Source: Bacteroidia bacterium | Lineage (GTDB): Bacteria; Bacteroidota; Bacteroidia; Bacteroidales; UBA7960 | Direction of reading: 5' to 3' | Length of the DNA stretch: 64,000 nt | Assembly (NCBI GenBank): GCA_007695305.1 | Contig: REEA01000164.1 | Location: 5,180 to 69,179 of the forward strand | Part shown: one piece after another, positions 38,132 to 49,223 of the stretch | How positions within the stretch are numbered: position 1 is the first letter of the stretch | Layout of the letters: every line of letters starts with the position of its first letter | Made by a program: the position numbers and the translations under genes | Notes under the pieces: model-generated | Seen by the model: only the letters and a program-made list of their open reading frames with translations | Told to the model about the DNA's origin: nothing | Databases searched by the model: none

Positions 38132-40780
38132 ATGCTTTTTTCCAAAATCAACCTAAAAAAAAATCCCGTCAAACATTTTTTCACCATTGTATTTATTATC
38201 CTGCCTTTATTGGCGATAACCCAATCCGAATACACTTCACTACCTGCACATAATTACTTCAATGAAAACACTGAAGTGTATTATTCATTTCCGGTACCTG
38301 AACCCGAAATACTGCAGGAACTGTTTCATATTGTATCCATAGACAAAATAAGACCTGATTCGGTTTACGCCTATGCCAACAGCCGTGAATTTGATCTTTT
38401 TCTTACATATACAATACCATACACAATGCTTCAACGTCCCGGCATGGTGGAATTTGATGTAAACATGAAAACCTGGGATGAATTAAAAAACAGAGACCTT
38501 ACAGAAAGCTGGGATTTCTATCCAACGTATGAAGCCTATGTTGCGCTAATGTACAGCTTTGAGCAGGATTATCCTGATATGGTTGAAATAATCAACATTG
38601 GTGAAACAGTGATGGGGCGTGATCTGCTGTTTGCCAGAATATCCCCGGATATAGACAAAAAGAGAGCGGTACCGCAATTTATGTACACGTCCACCATGCA
38701 CGGTGATGAAACGGCCGGATTTATATTGTCTCTCCGGCTGATTCATTATCTCCTTACTAACTATGGTGAAGACGAGGCCATTACATCCCTGATGGATAAT
38801 GTGGACATCTGGATTTGTCCCAATGAGAATCCTGATGGAACATACACCAATAACAACTCAACCGTTTCGGGAGCTACCCGCGGCAATGCAAATGGTATTG
38901 ACCTCAACCGCAACTATCCCAATCCGGTCAATAATCCCTGGCAACCACAGCAACCGGAAACAACCGCCATGATCAGTTTTACCGATACCATCAATTTCAT
39001 TATGTCGGCCAACATGCATGGTGGCATAGAACTGGTAAACTTTCCTTTCGACAGCTGGATCTCGTCCGTAAACACCCACGCTGATCACGACTGGTGGGAA
39101 TTTGTCATGTATGAATACGTAGATACGGTTCATGCACACAGTCCTCCGGGATACATGACCGGTATGGGCGACGGTGTCACGCACGGTGGCGACTGGTATG
39201 TGATATATGGCAGCAGGCAGGACTACTTCAACTACTACAGAAGCTGCAGGGAGTTCACCCTCGAACTGAGCAACCAAAAATTACTTGCACCGCATTTGCT
39301 GCCCGCCCACTGGGAATACAACTACCGTTCATTGCTTAATTATATACGTCAATCAATATACGGCGTGCACGGCATTGTCTATGACAACGAAACAGGCCAA
39401 CCCCTCCTTGCTGAAATTTCCATTCCCGGCTATGACTCTGACAATTCGGAAGTATTTACTTCCCTTCCCCATGGCAATTATAATCGTCCTCTGCTCACGG
39501 GCAGTTACAATATGCTTTTTTCGGCCGAAGGATTCGATCCCGTTTCAATCAATGGGGTACAGGCAGTCAACTATGAAAGAACCCGGCTGAACGTGGCCCT
39601 GGGAGAGGATGTTTCCGGAGAAGTACTGGCAGTCTCCATCAGTCTGGATGGGGAGGGTGAGGTTCACCCTTTTGAAGGAGAACAACTTTTTAACCATGGT
39701 GCCAATCTGTTTCTTGTCGCCATACCGGCCGAAGGTTGGACTTTCGAAGAATGGATCGTAAATGGTGCGTATTATCCTGAGGAAAATCTTGTTTACACAC
39801 TGACAGAGGATACAGATGTGCTTGCTGTGTTTACCGAACATGAAACAGTTTCCGAAATTGCCGTTATTCCCGGAGAGATGCATTTCGGAGAAGGCGTCAT
39901 TGGCCAGGTGCACAGCAAAAACCTTCGTATTCTAAATACAGGTGATGCTGATCTTACCATTAATACCATTTCATTGGAAGGAGATGATGTGTTTTTTATG
40001 GATGATCCGGTATTTCGCAGCAAGATGCTCATCCCGCCGGGCAATGAGGAATCGGTTACCTTCTACTTTCAACCGGAAGCTGAACAGGAATATACTGCCG
40101 ATATCTTCATCGAAAGCAATGATCCTGAAAATCCAATCATAGACATACCCGTTTCCGGATCCGGCGTACACGAAGCTGCCATTATCAAGCTGTCAGCAGA
40201 TACCATGGATTTTGGGAATGTTCACGTCAATGAATCTCTGGCCAAGGAATTAACTGTTACAAATGATGGCAATTTATCATTAACCATTGAATCAGTGGAA
40301 TTGGATGATACGCTCCCGTTTACCATAAACGGCATCGACTTTCCGCTCACACTTGAACCCGGTCAAAGCCAGGTTTTTATTGTAACCTTTAGCCCCCTTT
40401 TAAGCGGCATTAAGTCCGGAATAGCTGTTTTTCAAAGTAATGCCGGTAATAATCCTGAATACTCTTTTTATCTGACAGGAAATGGCTTTGATCCAACGTC
40501 TGTCCATGATATTCATGCACGCTCGGTTTCTTTGGAGGTGTTTCCCAACCCGATCAGACATAATACGTCAGTTGTTCTGAATATGGAAGAAGCCCAATCG
40601 GTCAGACTCGTATTGTTTGACATGCAGGGAAGGCTAAGAGCAGTTATTCATGATGGAAAATTAACAGCCGGAGAACATATATTTGAATTGTCGGTCATTT
40701 ATCATCGCCTGGAGCAAGGCGTATATGTTCTGTCGGCGCAAACAAGTTTATCGCAGCACACGCTGCGGATGATCAAATGA
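38132..40780 (+). CDS. M14 zinc carboxypeptidase with Ig-like domains and a T9SS C-terminal sorting domain
   Basis: M14 motifs are present (MYTSTMHGDETAG, NPDG, ANMHGG). Two Ig/ASH-like repeats follow (...LRILNTGDADLTI... and ...LTVTNDGNLSLTI...). The C-terminal ~80 aa (LEVFPNPIRHNTSVVLN...LFDMQGR...GEHIFEL...GVYVL) matches the type-A T9SS CTD pattern. Confidence 0.85.
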   Translation: MLFSKINLKKNPVKHFFTIVFIILPLLAITQSEYTSLPAHNYFNENTEVYYSFPVPEPEILQELFHIVSIDKIRPDSVYAYANSREFDLFLTYTIPYTMLQRPGMVEFDVNMKTWDELKNRDLTESWDFYPTYEAYVALMYSFEQDYPDMVEIINIGETVMGRDLLFARISPDIDKKRAVPQFMYTSTMHGDETAGFILSLRLIHYLLTNYGEDEAITSLMDNVDIWICPNENPDGTYTNNNSTVSGATRGNANGIDLNRNYPNPVNNPWQPQQPETTAMISFTDTINFIMSANMHGGIELVNFPFDSWISSVNTHADHDWWEFVMYEYVDTVHAHSPPGYMTGMGDGVTHGGDWYVIYGSRQDYFNYYRSCREFTLELSNQKLLAPHLLPAHWEYNYRSLLNYIRQSIYGVHGIVYDNETGQPLLAEISIPGYDSDNSEVFTSLPHGNYNRPLLTGSYNMLFSAEGFDPVSINGVQAVNYERTRLNVALGEDVSGEVLAVSISLDGEGEVHPFEGEQLFNHGANLFLVAIPAEGWTFEEWIVNGAYYPEENLVYTLTEDTDVLAVFTEHETVSEIAVIPGEMHFGEGVIGQVHSKNLRILNTGDADLTINTISLEGDDVFFMDDPVFRSKMLIPPGNEESVTFYFQPEAEQEYTADIFIESNDPENPIIDIPVSGSGVHEAAIIKLSADTMDFGNVHVNESLAKELTVTNDGNLSLTIESVELDDTLPFTINGIDFPLTLEPGQSQVFIVTFSPLLSGIKSGIAVFQSNAGNNPEYSFYLTGNGFDPTSVHDIHARSVSLEVFPNPIRHNTSVVLNMEEAQSVRLVLFDMQGRLRAVIHDGKLTAGEHIFELSVIYHRLEQGVYVLSAQTSLSQHTLRMIK

Positions 40781-40818
40781 CATACGCCGAAAAAAGGATA
40801 TGCAGGAGTACTTAATCC

Positions 40819-43452
40819 TCACTTTTGCAGGTTTCTAAGCTGCTCCTGTATCACACTGATTTTCGCCAGGGCATCCTGTCTTTTCTTTTGCTCAAGTGCC
40901 ACAACATTTTCCGGGGCATTGTTAACAAACTTTTCGTTGGAAAGCTTTTTTTCAATGCCGGCAAGGAAGCCTTGCTGGTATTTCAGTTCTGCCTTAAGGC
41001 GTTCTTCTTCCTCCTGTATGTTAACGTTTGCATCAAGGGGTATCAGCAACTCTGTGGATTTCACAATCACTGAATGCACCCCTGAGGGTTTTTCAGTAAC
41101 ATAGTCGAGATGGCCAATATTGCAAAGCTTTTTCACGATGCCGTCAAAAGTAATATCCGGTGATTGCTGATGGTTTTTCTTAATAAAGAGATCCATTTTT
41201 TCCTTTTGCGGGATATTTTTCTCCTGGCGCAGATTTCGGAGCGCCACAATTACCAGTTTTGCAAAATCAAACTGATCTATAATGGCTTTGTCATGTTTCT
41301 CATAACCGGGCATCTCCGCAATAGTAATACTCTCCCAATCATGATCATTTTTTATCTCCTGGTATATCTCTTCTGTGATAAAAGGCATAAAAGGATGGAG
41401 GACACGCAGCAGTTTGTTAAAAAACTCAATCGTCTTCCTGTAAGTTGGTGCATCAATGGCTTGCTGGTAAGCCGGTTTTACCATCTCCAGGTACCACGAG
41501 CAAAAGTCATCCCAGATAAGCTTGTAAACCGTCATTAAGGCATCTGCAATTCGGTATTTTGTATAGTGATCTTCGATGATCTCCAGGTTCCGGTTAAGGT
41601 TGGCTTCAAACCATTCAGTCGCTGTATTTGATTCTTGCGACGGGGATAACTTTTCATCAACCTCCCAGCCCTGGATAAGTCTGAAGGCATTCCATATCTT
41701 GTTGCAAAAATTTCTGCCTTGTTCACATAGTGATTCGTCAAAAAGCAAATCATTGCCGGCGGGTGAACAAAGGAGCATGCCAACACGCACACCATCAGCA
41801 CCATAGCGGTCCATCAGCAATATAGGATCGGGAGAGTTACCAAGTGATTTTGACATTTTACGCCCCATTTTGTCCCTGACAATGCCATGCAGGTAAACAT
41901 TCCTGAAAGGAATCTCATTACGGAATTCAATTCCCGCCATGATCATTCTGGCTACCCAGAAAAACAAGATCTCCGGTGCAGTAACAAGATCGTTGGTCGG
42001 ATAGTAATATCGGATTTCCTCATTGTCAGGCTTGCTGATCCCGTCAAAAACAGATATGGGCCACAACCAGGAGGAGAACCAGGTGTCCAGCACATCTTCA
42101 TCCTGCTTTAAATCAGTATCCTTCAACTCCGGATCATACTTTTCCCTAGCCATTATCAAGGCATTTTCCGGGCTTTCAGCAACAACAATTTGTCCGTCAG
42201 GCAAATAATAAGCAGGAATACGGTGTCCCCACCACAATTGCCGGCTGATGCACCAATCCCTTACATTTTCCATCCAGTGCTTGTAGGTGTTCTTAAACTT
42301 TGGGGGATGAAACCTGATGGTGTCGTTCATCACCACATCAAGGGCAGGCTTAGCCAAAACATCCATTTTCAGAAACCACTGCAACGACAGTTTGGGTTCA
42401 ATTACTTCATCAGTACGTTCCGAATAGCCTATACTATTGGTGATCTCTTCCACCTTAATCAAGTGGCCTTTCGCTTCCAGCTCCCTGCTGATCTTTTCCC
42501 TGGCCACAAACCGGTCTTCACCGATGAGTATCTCCGCTTTTTCATTTAGTGTACCATCATCATTAAAAATATCAATGGAAGGCAAATTGTGTTTTATGCC
42601 TAGATTATAGTCGTTGATATCATGAGCAGGTGTAACTTTAAGGGCACCTGTTCCAAACTCCCGGTCAACATATTCATCCAGAATAAAGGGAATAGGTCTG
42701 TTTATGAGCGGGACAAGTGCTTTTTTGCCAATCAGGTGGCGAAAACGGTCATCTTCAGGATGAATACAAATAGCGGTATCACCCAAAATGGTTTCGGGAC
42801 GGGTTGTAGCGATAGTTACCGTTTCTTCACTGCCCTGAATATGATAACTTAAATAATAAAATTTGGACTGAACTTCTTTATGGATAACTTCTTCGTCAGA
42901 TAGTGCCGTCAAAGCTTTAGGGTCCCAGTTTACCATACGAACTCCCCTGTAAATTAACCCTTTTTCATAAAGATCTATGAAAACACGAATCACAGAGTCA
43001 GACAGCATGTCATCCATGGTGAAACGGGTTTTGTCCCAGTCACAGGAAGCACCAAGCTTTTTTAACTGCTCAAGGATAATCCCACCGTGTTTCTCTTTCC
43101 ATTCCCATGCATGATGAAGAAAATCTTCCCTGCTTAGCTTTTTTTTGTCGATTCCTTCTTCTCTTAGTTTGTTAACAACCTTGGCTTCTGTAGCAATAGA
43201 AGCATGATCGGTTCCCGGCAGCCAAAGTGTATTAAAACCCTGCATACGGGCGCGCCTGACAAGCACATCCTGGATGGTGTTGTTAAGCATGTGCCCCATG
43301 TGAAGCACTCCGGTAACATTCGGAGGCGGGATAACCATGGAGTAAGGTGGTCGTTCATCCGGAGAGGATGAAAAATAACCATTTTCTATCCAGCTGTCAT
43401 ACCATTTCTTTTCAACCCCGGAGGGTGCATATTGCTTGGGAATATTACTCAT
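40819..43452 (-). CDS. valS: valine--tRNA ligase
   Basis: It has the class I HIGH motif ([13 protein letters not shown]) and KMSKS, plus a C-terminal coiled coil. The protein is 877 aa. Confidence 0.95.
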   Translation of the reverse strand: MSNIPKQYAPSGVEKKWYDSWIENGYFSSSPDERPPYSMVIPPPNVTGVLHMGHMLNNTIQDVLVRRARMQGFNTLWLPGTDHASIATEAKVVNKLREEGIDKKKLSREDFLHHAWEWKEKHGGIILEQLKKLGASCDWDKTRFTMDDMLSDSVIRVFIDLYEKGLIYRGVRMVNWDPKALTALSDEEVIHKEVQSKFYYLSYHIQGSEETVTIATTRPETILGDTAICIHPEDDRFRHLIGKKALVPLINRPIPFILDEYVDREFGTGALKVTPAHDINDYNLGIKHNLPSIDIFNDDGTLNEKAEILIGEDRFVAREKISRELEAKGHLIKVEEITNSIGYSERTDEVIEPKLSLQWFLKMDVLAKPALDVVMNDTIRFHPPKFKNTYKHWMENVRDWCISRQLWWGHRIPAYYLPDGQIVVAESPENALIMAREKYDPELKDTDLKQDEDVLDTWFSSWLWPISVFDGISKPDNEEIRYYYPTNDLVTAPEILFFWVARMIMAGIEFRNEIPFRNVYLHGIVRDKMGRKMSKSLGNSPDPILLMDRYGADGVRVGMLLCSPAGNDLLFDESLCEQGRNFCNKIWNAFRLIQGWEVDEKLSPSQESNTATEWFEANLNRNLEIIEDHYTKYRIADALMTVYKLIWDDFCSWYLEMVKPAYQQAIDAPTYRKTIEFFNKLLRVLHPFMPFITEEIYQEIKNDHDWESITIAEMPGYEKHDKAIIDQFDFAKLVIVALRNLRQEKNIPQKEKMDLFIKKNHQQSPDITFDGIVKKLCNIGHLDYVTEKPSGVHSVIVKSTELLIPLDANVNIQEEEERLKAELKYQQGFLAGIEKKLSNEKFVNNAPENVVALEQKKRQDALAKISVIQEQLRNLQK

Positions 43453-43574
43453 ATCAATCAGTTAAAAAACCTGCTTTTTTAAAAAACCCAACAAAGGTAT
43501 AAAAAAAACACCTCGAAACACCAGCCTTACAACCAGACCTTTTACTATGTTGTTTCAAAATTACTTTGTTTTGC

Positions 43575-43582
43575 TAATTTTG
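43575..43582 (+). promoter_or_regulatory. candidate -7 promoter box (TAATTTTG) for lplA
   Basis: It matches TAnnTTTG 30 nt upstream of ATG 43612. Confidence 0.3.
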
Positions 43583-43611
43583 ATTCCCGTATCCTTTACA
43601 CCAAACCGGCC

Positions 43612-44589
43612 ATGCTGCGCATCATAAACAGACAGACAAATCCATACTTTAATATTGCACTGGAAGAATATTTACTGAAAAATCTGCCGGAGGAGTGTTT
43701 TATGCTATGGCATTCAGAACCCTCGGTTATCATTGGTAAACATCAGAATGCGCTGGCAGAAATCAACCTCCCGTTTGTCCGGTCAAGAAGCATCAAGGTT
43801 GTTCGCAGAATATCCGGTGGAGGAACCGTATTCCACGGTCCTGGAAACCTGAACTTTACCTTTATCCGTAAAGGAGAGCCCGGAAAAATGATTGATTTCC
43901 GTAAGCATACAGAACCGGTAATCGGTTTTTTAAATGATCTTGGCATCCCCGCGCGATTTGAAGGGAAAAATGATATCCGTGTCAACGGGCTTAAAGTATC
44001 AGGAAATGCAGAGCATGTATTCAAAAACCGTGTACTTCATCACGGAACATTGCTGGTAGATGCAGAGCTTGGTACATTAAAGGAGGCAATCAGCGTGCAA
44101 CCCAATCGCTATATTGATAAAAGCATACAATCGGTACGAAGCTCTGTGGCCAATATCTCTGACTTTACTGCAGTGAAAACTTCATTTGATCAGTTGATGG
44201 TCATGTTGGATAATTACCTGGAGTCTTTTTTCGGCAAGGTTGAAGATTATGTATTAAAAGAATCTGATAAAGAACAAGTGCATAAACTTGTAAAGGAGAA
44301 ATATGCTTTATGGGAATGGAATTACGGATATTCTCCGGATTATGAATTTCACGGAGAAACTGAATTGGATATTGGCAGGGTTAAACTCGCTTTGCAGGTT
44401 AAAAAAGGCAGGATAGAATCGGCAGCGTTTTCAGGAGTTCAGCTGCCCGGGCACTGGCAGGACCTTGCCCGGGATATGCAGGGTGGGTATCACCAATATG
44501 ATGAAATCGTGAAGCTGGCCGGGAAACACCTTATTTTACAAGGCAACGATATGGATTTGGCAAATTGTTTGATTCCTTTGTTTTTCTGA
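43612..44589 (+). CDS. lplA: lipoate--protein ligase
   Basis: ...NPYFNIALEEYLL...GKHQN...RRISGGGTVFHGPGNLNF...KVSGNA (catalytic Lys context). The protein is 325 aa. Confidence 0.85.
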   Translation: MLRIINRQTNPYFNIALEEYLLKNLPEECFMLWHSEPSVIIGKHQNALAEINLPFVRSRSIKVVRRISGGGTVFHGPGNLNFTFIRKGEPGKMIDFRKHTEPVIGFLNDLGIPARFEGKNDIRVNGLKVSGNAEHVFKNRVLHHGTLLVDAELGTLKEAISVQPNRYIDKSIQSVRSSVANISDFTAVKTSFDQLMVMLDNYLESFFGKVEDYVLKESDKEQVHKLVKEKYALWEWNYGYSPDYEFHGETELDIGRVKLALQVKKGRIESAAFSGVQLPGHWQDLARDMQGGYHQYDEIVKLAGKHLILQGNDMDLANCLIPLFF

Positions 44590-44597
44590 TCAACCGT

Positions 44598-45515
44598 TTA
44601 TCCAATATCTATCACGTCACCCTCTTCAGCCAATGTAGCATTTGCAAACACAGTGGCGGCTTCCTGCCTGAATGCTTCAAGCTCCTTATACCTTGCTGAA
44701 TAATGACCGATCAGTAACTTTTTTGCATTGGCTTTTTTCGCCAGAGTTGCTGCTTCAATGGTGGTACTGTGTGTTTTCTGCCGGGCAATATCTGCCTTGT
44801 CATGCATGAAAGTTGCTTCATGATAGAGCAAGTCCACATCCCGTATCTGGTCCAGGAAGTCCTCCGTATATAGTGTATCGGAGCAAAAAGCATAGCTTCG
44901 GGGCAGGGGAGGTTCCTTTGTTAGTATTTTATTGGGAATAAGCTTTCCTTCGGAAGTAATAAAATCGGCCCCTTTTTTAACGTCCTGCATCCGCTCAACG
45001 GGGATGCCATATTTCGCGATGCTTGTTTTTTTCAGGTTTCGTTGCTTTTGCTTTTCTTTGATCAGGAAACCAAAAGCCGGTATGCGATGCTGCATGGCAA
45101 TGGTTTCTATCATGATGAGGTCGTCATCATAAAGCTTTTGTTTTCCTTTATCAATGATATGATAAAAAACAGAAAATGAAGGCTTCAGTTGAGAAATACG
45201 ATTTTGAACTTCAATTATTTCCTCCATCCCTTCAGGTGCGAAAACATGCAGATCTTTCTCCCTGCCGAGTAAATGATAGGTAAAAAGCAAACCCGGTAAT
45301 CCCAGGTAATGATCACCATGCATGTGGCTGATGAAAATATGATCGATTTTCATCAGTGGTATTTTGTACCGACGCAGCTGCATCTGGGAGCCTTCTCCAC
45401 AATCAAACAAAAAACGTTTGTTATGATACTGAACCAGCTGTGATGTAGTATGGCGCAATGACGTAGGCGTTGCGGCAGAAGAACCAAGAATTGTAGTACG
45501 AAAGATTTCAGACAT
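44598..45515 (-). CDS. rnz: ribonuclease Z
   Basis: ILGSSAATPT...FDCGEG.Q...ISHMHGDHYLGLPGLL is present, and 305 aa is the typical short RNase Z form. Confidence 0.88.
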   Translation of the reverse strand: MSEIFRTTILGSSAATPTSLRHTTSQLVQYHNKRFLFDCGEGSQMQLRRYKIPLMKIDHIFISHMHGDHYLGLPGLLFTYHLLGREKDLHVFAPEGMEEIIEVQNRISQLKPSFSVFYHIIDKGKQKLYDDDLIMIETIAMQHRIPAFGFLIKEKQKQRNLKKTSIAKYGIPVERMQDVKKGADFITSEGKLIPNKILTKEPPLPRSYAFCSDTLYTEDFLDQIRDVDLLYHEATFMHDKADIARQKTHSTTIEAATLAKKANAKKLLIGHYSARYKELEAFRQEAATVFANATLAEEGDVIDIG

Positions 45516-45587
45516 AATGATAACATTCCATTGGTGGTTCCCGGCTTTTCCGGTTTTGGCCCGCTAAGGGAGTTTTGGTATGCTTTT

Positions 45588-46910
45588 CTACCGGAAAAGT
45601 CTGAGCACGTCATTGAGATTTATCAACAGGATCAATGAAAGCAAAATGATCATTCCCACCATTTGCGCATATTCCATGAATTTATCAGGCGGTTTTTTCC
45701 CCACGATCATTTCATAGAACAGAAACATCACATGACCGCCATCAAGGGCAGGAATGGGCAAGATATTCATGACGGCCAGTATGATAGAAAGGAAAGCCGT
45801 GATGGTCCAGAAATGCACCCAATCCCATTGCGGGGCGAAAATTCCGCCAATGGTAATGAACCCCCCCAGGTTGTCGCGGGCACTGACTTCCGGTCTGAAC
45901 AGCATGCCCAGGTCGCGAAAATAATCACGAGTGGTTGTATAGGCCCTGCTAAAACCTGCCGGAACGGATGCCAAAAGAGAATATTCCCTTTTACTGGTAT
46001 CGAATATTTGTGTCGGTTCTTTTATATAAGCGCCAATTCTTCCTTCATCAGGAATAGATATCGGAAGCTCAAGTGTTTCCCCGTTTCTTGCGATCGTTAG
46101 CGTTGTTTCCATGCCTGCAAAATCTCCAATGGTGGCCAGAAATTCATTGAAAGACCAGGTTTCAATGCCACCAATGCCTTTTACATGATCACCAACTTCA
46201 ATACCGGCTTCTTTTGCTGGCGAACCGTCAACAAAACCGCTAACAATAAATGGAAAACGAGCAGAGATAAAATTCTCTCCGCGGGCTGCGATCAGTTTTC
46301 CGAAGAAATCGTCGGGTATGGCCAGATCAATGATTTGATCATTGCGTCTGACAGTGATTACCTCCACCTCACCACGAGCAAAGTTACGCCGCAACGACAA
46401 CAAATCTTCTGGTTCCTGGCCGTTGATGGCAACGATATGGTCTCCGTTTTGCAGTCCGATTTCTTTACCAAGTGTCCCTGCCTCAATGCCATAAGTCAGA
46501 TTTTTTACCGGAAGGTATTCATCTCCCATGAAAAACAACATGAATACATAAATCAATGCAGCCAGGATAACATTAAACAGTACGCCCCCAACCATTACCA
46601 GCAATCTTTGCCATGCCGGCTTTGACCTGAATTCGTATGGCTTTGGCTCCTGTTTCATTTGTTCTTTATCCATCGACTCATCAATCATACCGGAAATCTT
46701 GACATATCCACCCAGGGGCAGCCAACCCATTCCGTATTCTGTTTCACCGCGCCGAATCTTAAACAACGAAAACCAGGGATTAAAAAAGAGGTAAAACTTT
46801 TCTACACGGATACCGAACAAGCGTGCAAACAAAAAATGTCCCCATTCATGAATGACAATCAGAATAGACAGACTCAACAGGAACTGTGCGGTTTTAATCA
46901 GAACTTCCAT
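45588..46910 (-). CDS. rseP: RIP site-2 metalloprotease RseP
   Basis: It has HEWGHFLFAR (HExxH), PDZ segments and C-terminal LPIPALDGGH. It lies adjacent to dxr, as in many bacteria. Confidence 0.88.
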   Translation of the reverse strand: MEVLIKTAQFLLSLSILIVIHEWGHFLFARLFGIRVEKFYLFFNPWFSLFKIRRGETEYGMGWLPLGGYVKISGMIDESMDKEQMKQEPKPYEFRSKPAWQRLLVMVGGVLFNVILAALIYVFMLFFMGDEYLPVKNLTYGIEAGTLGKEIGLQNGDHIVAINGQEPEDLLSLRRNFARGEVEVITVRRNDQIIDLAIPDDFFGKLIAARGENFISARFPFIVSGFVDGSPAKEAGIEVGDHVKGIGGIETWSFNEFLATIGDFAGMETTLTIARNGETLELPISIPDEGRIGAYIKEPTQIFDTSKREYSLLASVPAGFSRAYTTTRDYFRDLGMLFRPEVSARDNLGGFITIGGIFAPQWDWVHFWTITAFLSIILAVMNILPIPALDGGHVMFLFYEMIVGKKPPDKFMEYAQMVGMIILLSLILLINLNDVLRLFR

Positions 46911-46982
46911 GTGTCAGAATAATAAAGTGTTTTTTAATACCAGCGTGCAAGGTTTGAAACCTTAACACATTGTTTAACGATT

Positions 46983-48158
46983 TTAACGGTGAATTGTTTT
47001 GACAAAAAATTCTGCTTTTACTCTGGCCTCCCTGTCATAGGCAATAATATCATCCACATTATTTATTTCTTGAAAAGTAGTGGATGCCAAACAGTGTTCA
47101 ATCACCTGATGAATTTGTAAAAATGTAATTTCTTCTCTGAGAAATGCAGATACGGCAATTTCATTGGCTGCATTCATCACACAGGGTATATTGCCGCCCT
47201 GCAAAAAGGCCAAATTTGCCATCCTGAGGCAGGGAAACTGATCCATGCTGATTTGTTCAAATTCAAGTACCGGGTAATTGGAGAAGCAGAATCTTTTCCA
47301 ATTAGTGGGAATACGTTTTGGGTATCCCAGTGCAAACAAAATGGGCTGTTTCATATCAGGGACTCCCATTTGAGCTTTAATACTTCCATCTTCAAATTGA
47401 ACCATTGAATGAATAACCGATTGCGGGTGTATAATGATCTCAATTTGACCGGGTGCCAGCTTAAATAGCCATTTGGCCTCCAGCATTTCAAGGCCTTTGT
47501 TCATCATGGTTGCCGAATCGATGCTTATTTTATCCCCCATGCTCCAATTGGGATGATCCAGGGCCTCTTTTTTGGAGACTTTTGCCAGCTGATCTGCCGA
47601 CATACCCCGGAAAGGTCCTCCGCTGGCGGTGAGAAAAATTTTTTCAATGGGATTTTGCATTTCGCCCATCAAGCATTGAAATATGGCAGAATGCTCTGAA
47701 TCCAGGGGCAAAATCGGAACATTATTTTCACTTGCCATTTCCGTGATTATCTGTCCAGCTACCGCAAGCGTTTCCTTATTTGCCAATAATACCTCTTTTT
47801 TGCTTTTAATGGCCCGGATAGTGGGATCAAGACCTGAAATTCCTACCATGGCAGTAATTACCTTATCCACTATAGACAAATCCACAATTTCCCGGATAGC
47901 TTCAGCACCCGAATGGATATCAATGGGCAATGATCTCAGGGCAGACTTAACCTTAAGGTAGTGTTCTGAATTCCCGATCACCACAGCATGGGGTTTGTGT
48001 TCCAATGCTTGTGAGATCAATAGATCGGCATTATTTTGAGCAGTCAAAACAGCTACCCGGTATAATTGCTTATTGCTTTTTATAACCTGAAGGGTCTGTT
48101 GGCCTATTGATCCCGTGGAGCCCAGGATGGCAATATGCTTAGGCGTCGGTGGTGTCAT
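46983..48158 (-). CDS. dxr: 1-deoxy-D-xylulose-5-phosphate reductoisomerase
   Basis: ILGSTGSIG.QTL...LANKE...DSEHSAIFQC...HPNWSMG.KISIDSATMMNKGLE matches the family. Confidence 0.93.
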   Translation of the reverse strand: MTPPTPKHIAILGSTGSIGQQTLQVIKSNKQLYRVAVLTAQNNADLLISQALEHKPHAVVIGNSEHYLKVKSALRSLPIDIHSGAEAIREIVDLSIVDKVITAMVGISGLDPTIRAIKSKKEVLLANKETLAVAGQIITEMASENNVPILPLDSEHSAIFQCLMGEMQNPIEKIFLTASGGPFRGMSADQLAKVSKKEALDHPNWSMGDKISIDSATMMNKGLEMLEAKWLFKLAPGQIEIIIHPQSVIHSMVQFEDGSIKAQMGVPDMKQPILFALGYPKRIPTNWKRFCFSNYPVLEFEQISMDQFPCLRMANLAFLQGGNIPCVMNAANEIAVSAFLREEITFLQIHQVIEHCLASTTFQEINNVDDIIAYDREARVKAEFFVKTIHR

Positions 48159-49033
48159 TGAAACGAAATGTAATCAGCAGGATTTACCGGATTTCCGTTA
48201 AACCAAAGTTCAAAATGAAGATGAGTACCGGTGGAGTAAAGCCCGGTATCTCCTATAACTGCAATGGCTTCACCGGCCTCCACAAAATTGCCCTGTTCTT
48301 TTAGCAGACTGCTGTTGTGTTTGTATATAGATACAATATTATTTGCATGTTGAATACCAATAGTGTATCCTGTTTCAATAGTCCAGGTAGATAAAATGAC
48401 TCTTCCGTCGAGCGTAGCTTTTATGATTTCATTGTGGTCAGCTACAACGTCAATACCATAATGTCCCTTACCCGGGTCAAAATGACTGCTGATTAAGCCT
48501 TTGAGAGGTGCAAAAAAGGATATATTCAATGCAGACCGGGCAGGAGAAGAGTTCTCTCTTTCCCATCCATGATCTTCAAAATGAGCGGCAAGTTCCATTT
48601 CCAATCTCAAAAGAGAATCTTCTCGTGATCTGGATAGCTCCTGAATGGCAAAAGATTGCGGATCGCTAACCGAATCAGGTATTTCTTCAACCAAATCCCG
48701 CCCTTCAATAATGTTACGTATGTTCAATATATATAAGTCCTTTTGACGAAGGTTATTCTCCAGAGAATCTGCCCGAAGGGAAAGATCGCGTAAAACCTGT
48801 CGTGTATTAAAATCTGCATATCCGGGGATATACTCCTTCAAAGGTGTAAATGCGATCAGGTATATCGTAGCAATGACCAGAAAGATGGCCATCGTACCTC
48901 CAAAAATAAACACGTTGAACCTGGTGAGACTGACATTCAGTTTTTCTTCCAGGGTATCGTGGTTCATGATGACCAACCTGTATTTATGGTGGAGCTTTTT
49001 AAAAAAACCGGATTCTTTTTTTTCTTTGGTCAT
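48155..49033 (-). CDS. M23 family metallopeptidase (membrane-anchored)
   Basis: It has an N-terminal TM segment and LytM-type motifs HYGIDV and GTHLHFEL. Its stop overlaps the dxr start (ATGA). Confidence 0.85.
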   Translation of the reverse strand: MTKEKKESGFFKKLHHKYRLVIMNHDTLEEKLNVSLTRFNVFIFGGTMAIFLVIATIYLIAFTPLKEYIPGYADFNTRQVLRDLSLRADSLENNLRQKDLYILNIRNIIEGRDLVEEIPDSVSDPQSFAIQELSRSREDSLLRLEMELAAHFEDHGWERENSSPARSALNISFFAPLKGLISSHFDPGKGHYGIDVVADHNEIIKATLDGRVILSTWTIETGYTIGIQHANNIVSIYKHNSSLLKEQGNFVEAGEAIAVIGDTGLYSTGTHLHFELWFNGNPVNPADYISFQ

Positions 49034-49223
49034 CTTATCATCGAATTACTATCTTTGATGCAAAAATAGTCATTTTATCAGTCATTTTTGCCATTTTTCT
49101 AAACCTTCTTTCACTTTACTGTTAAACAATCCACGGTCTGATTACGTTGAAAAAACGTTTGGAAAATACCATAATAAATAAGCAATTTGTGAGTTATAAT
49201 ATTGTTTAAATGATTTGATTTGC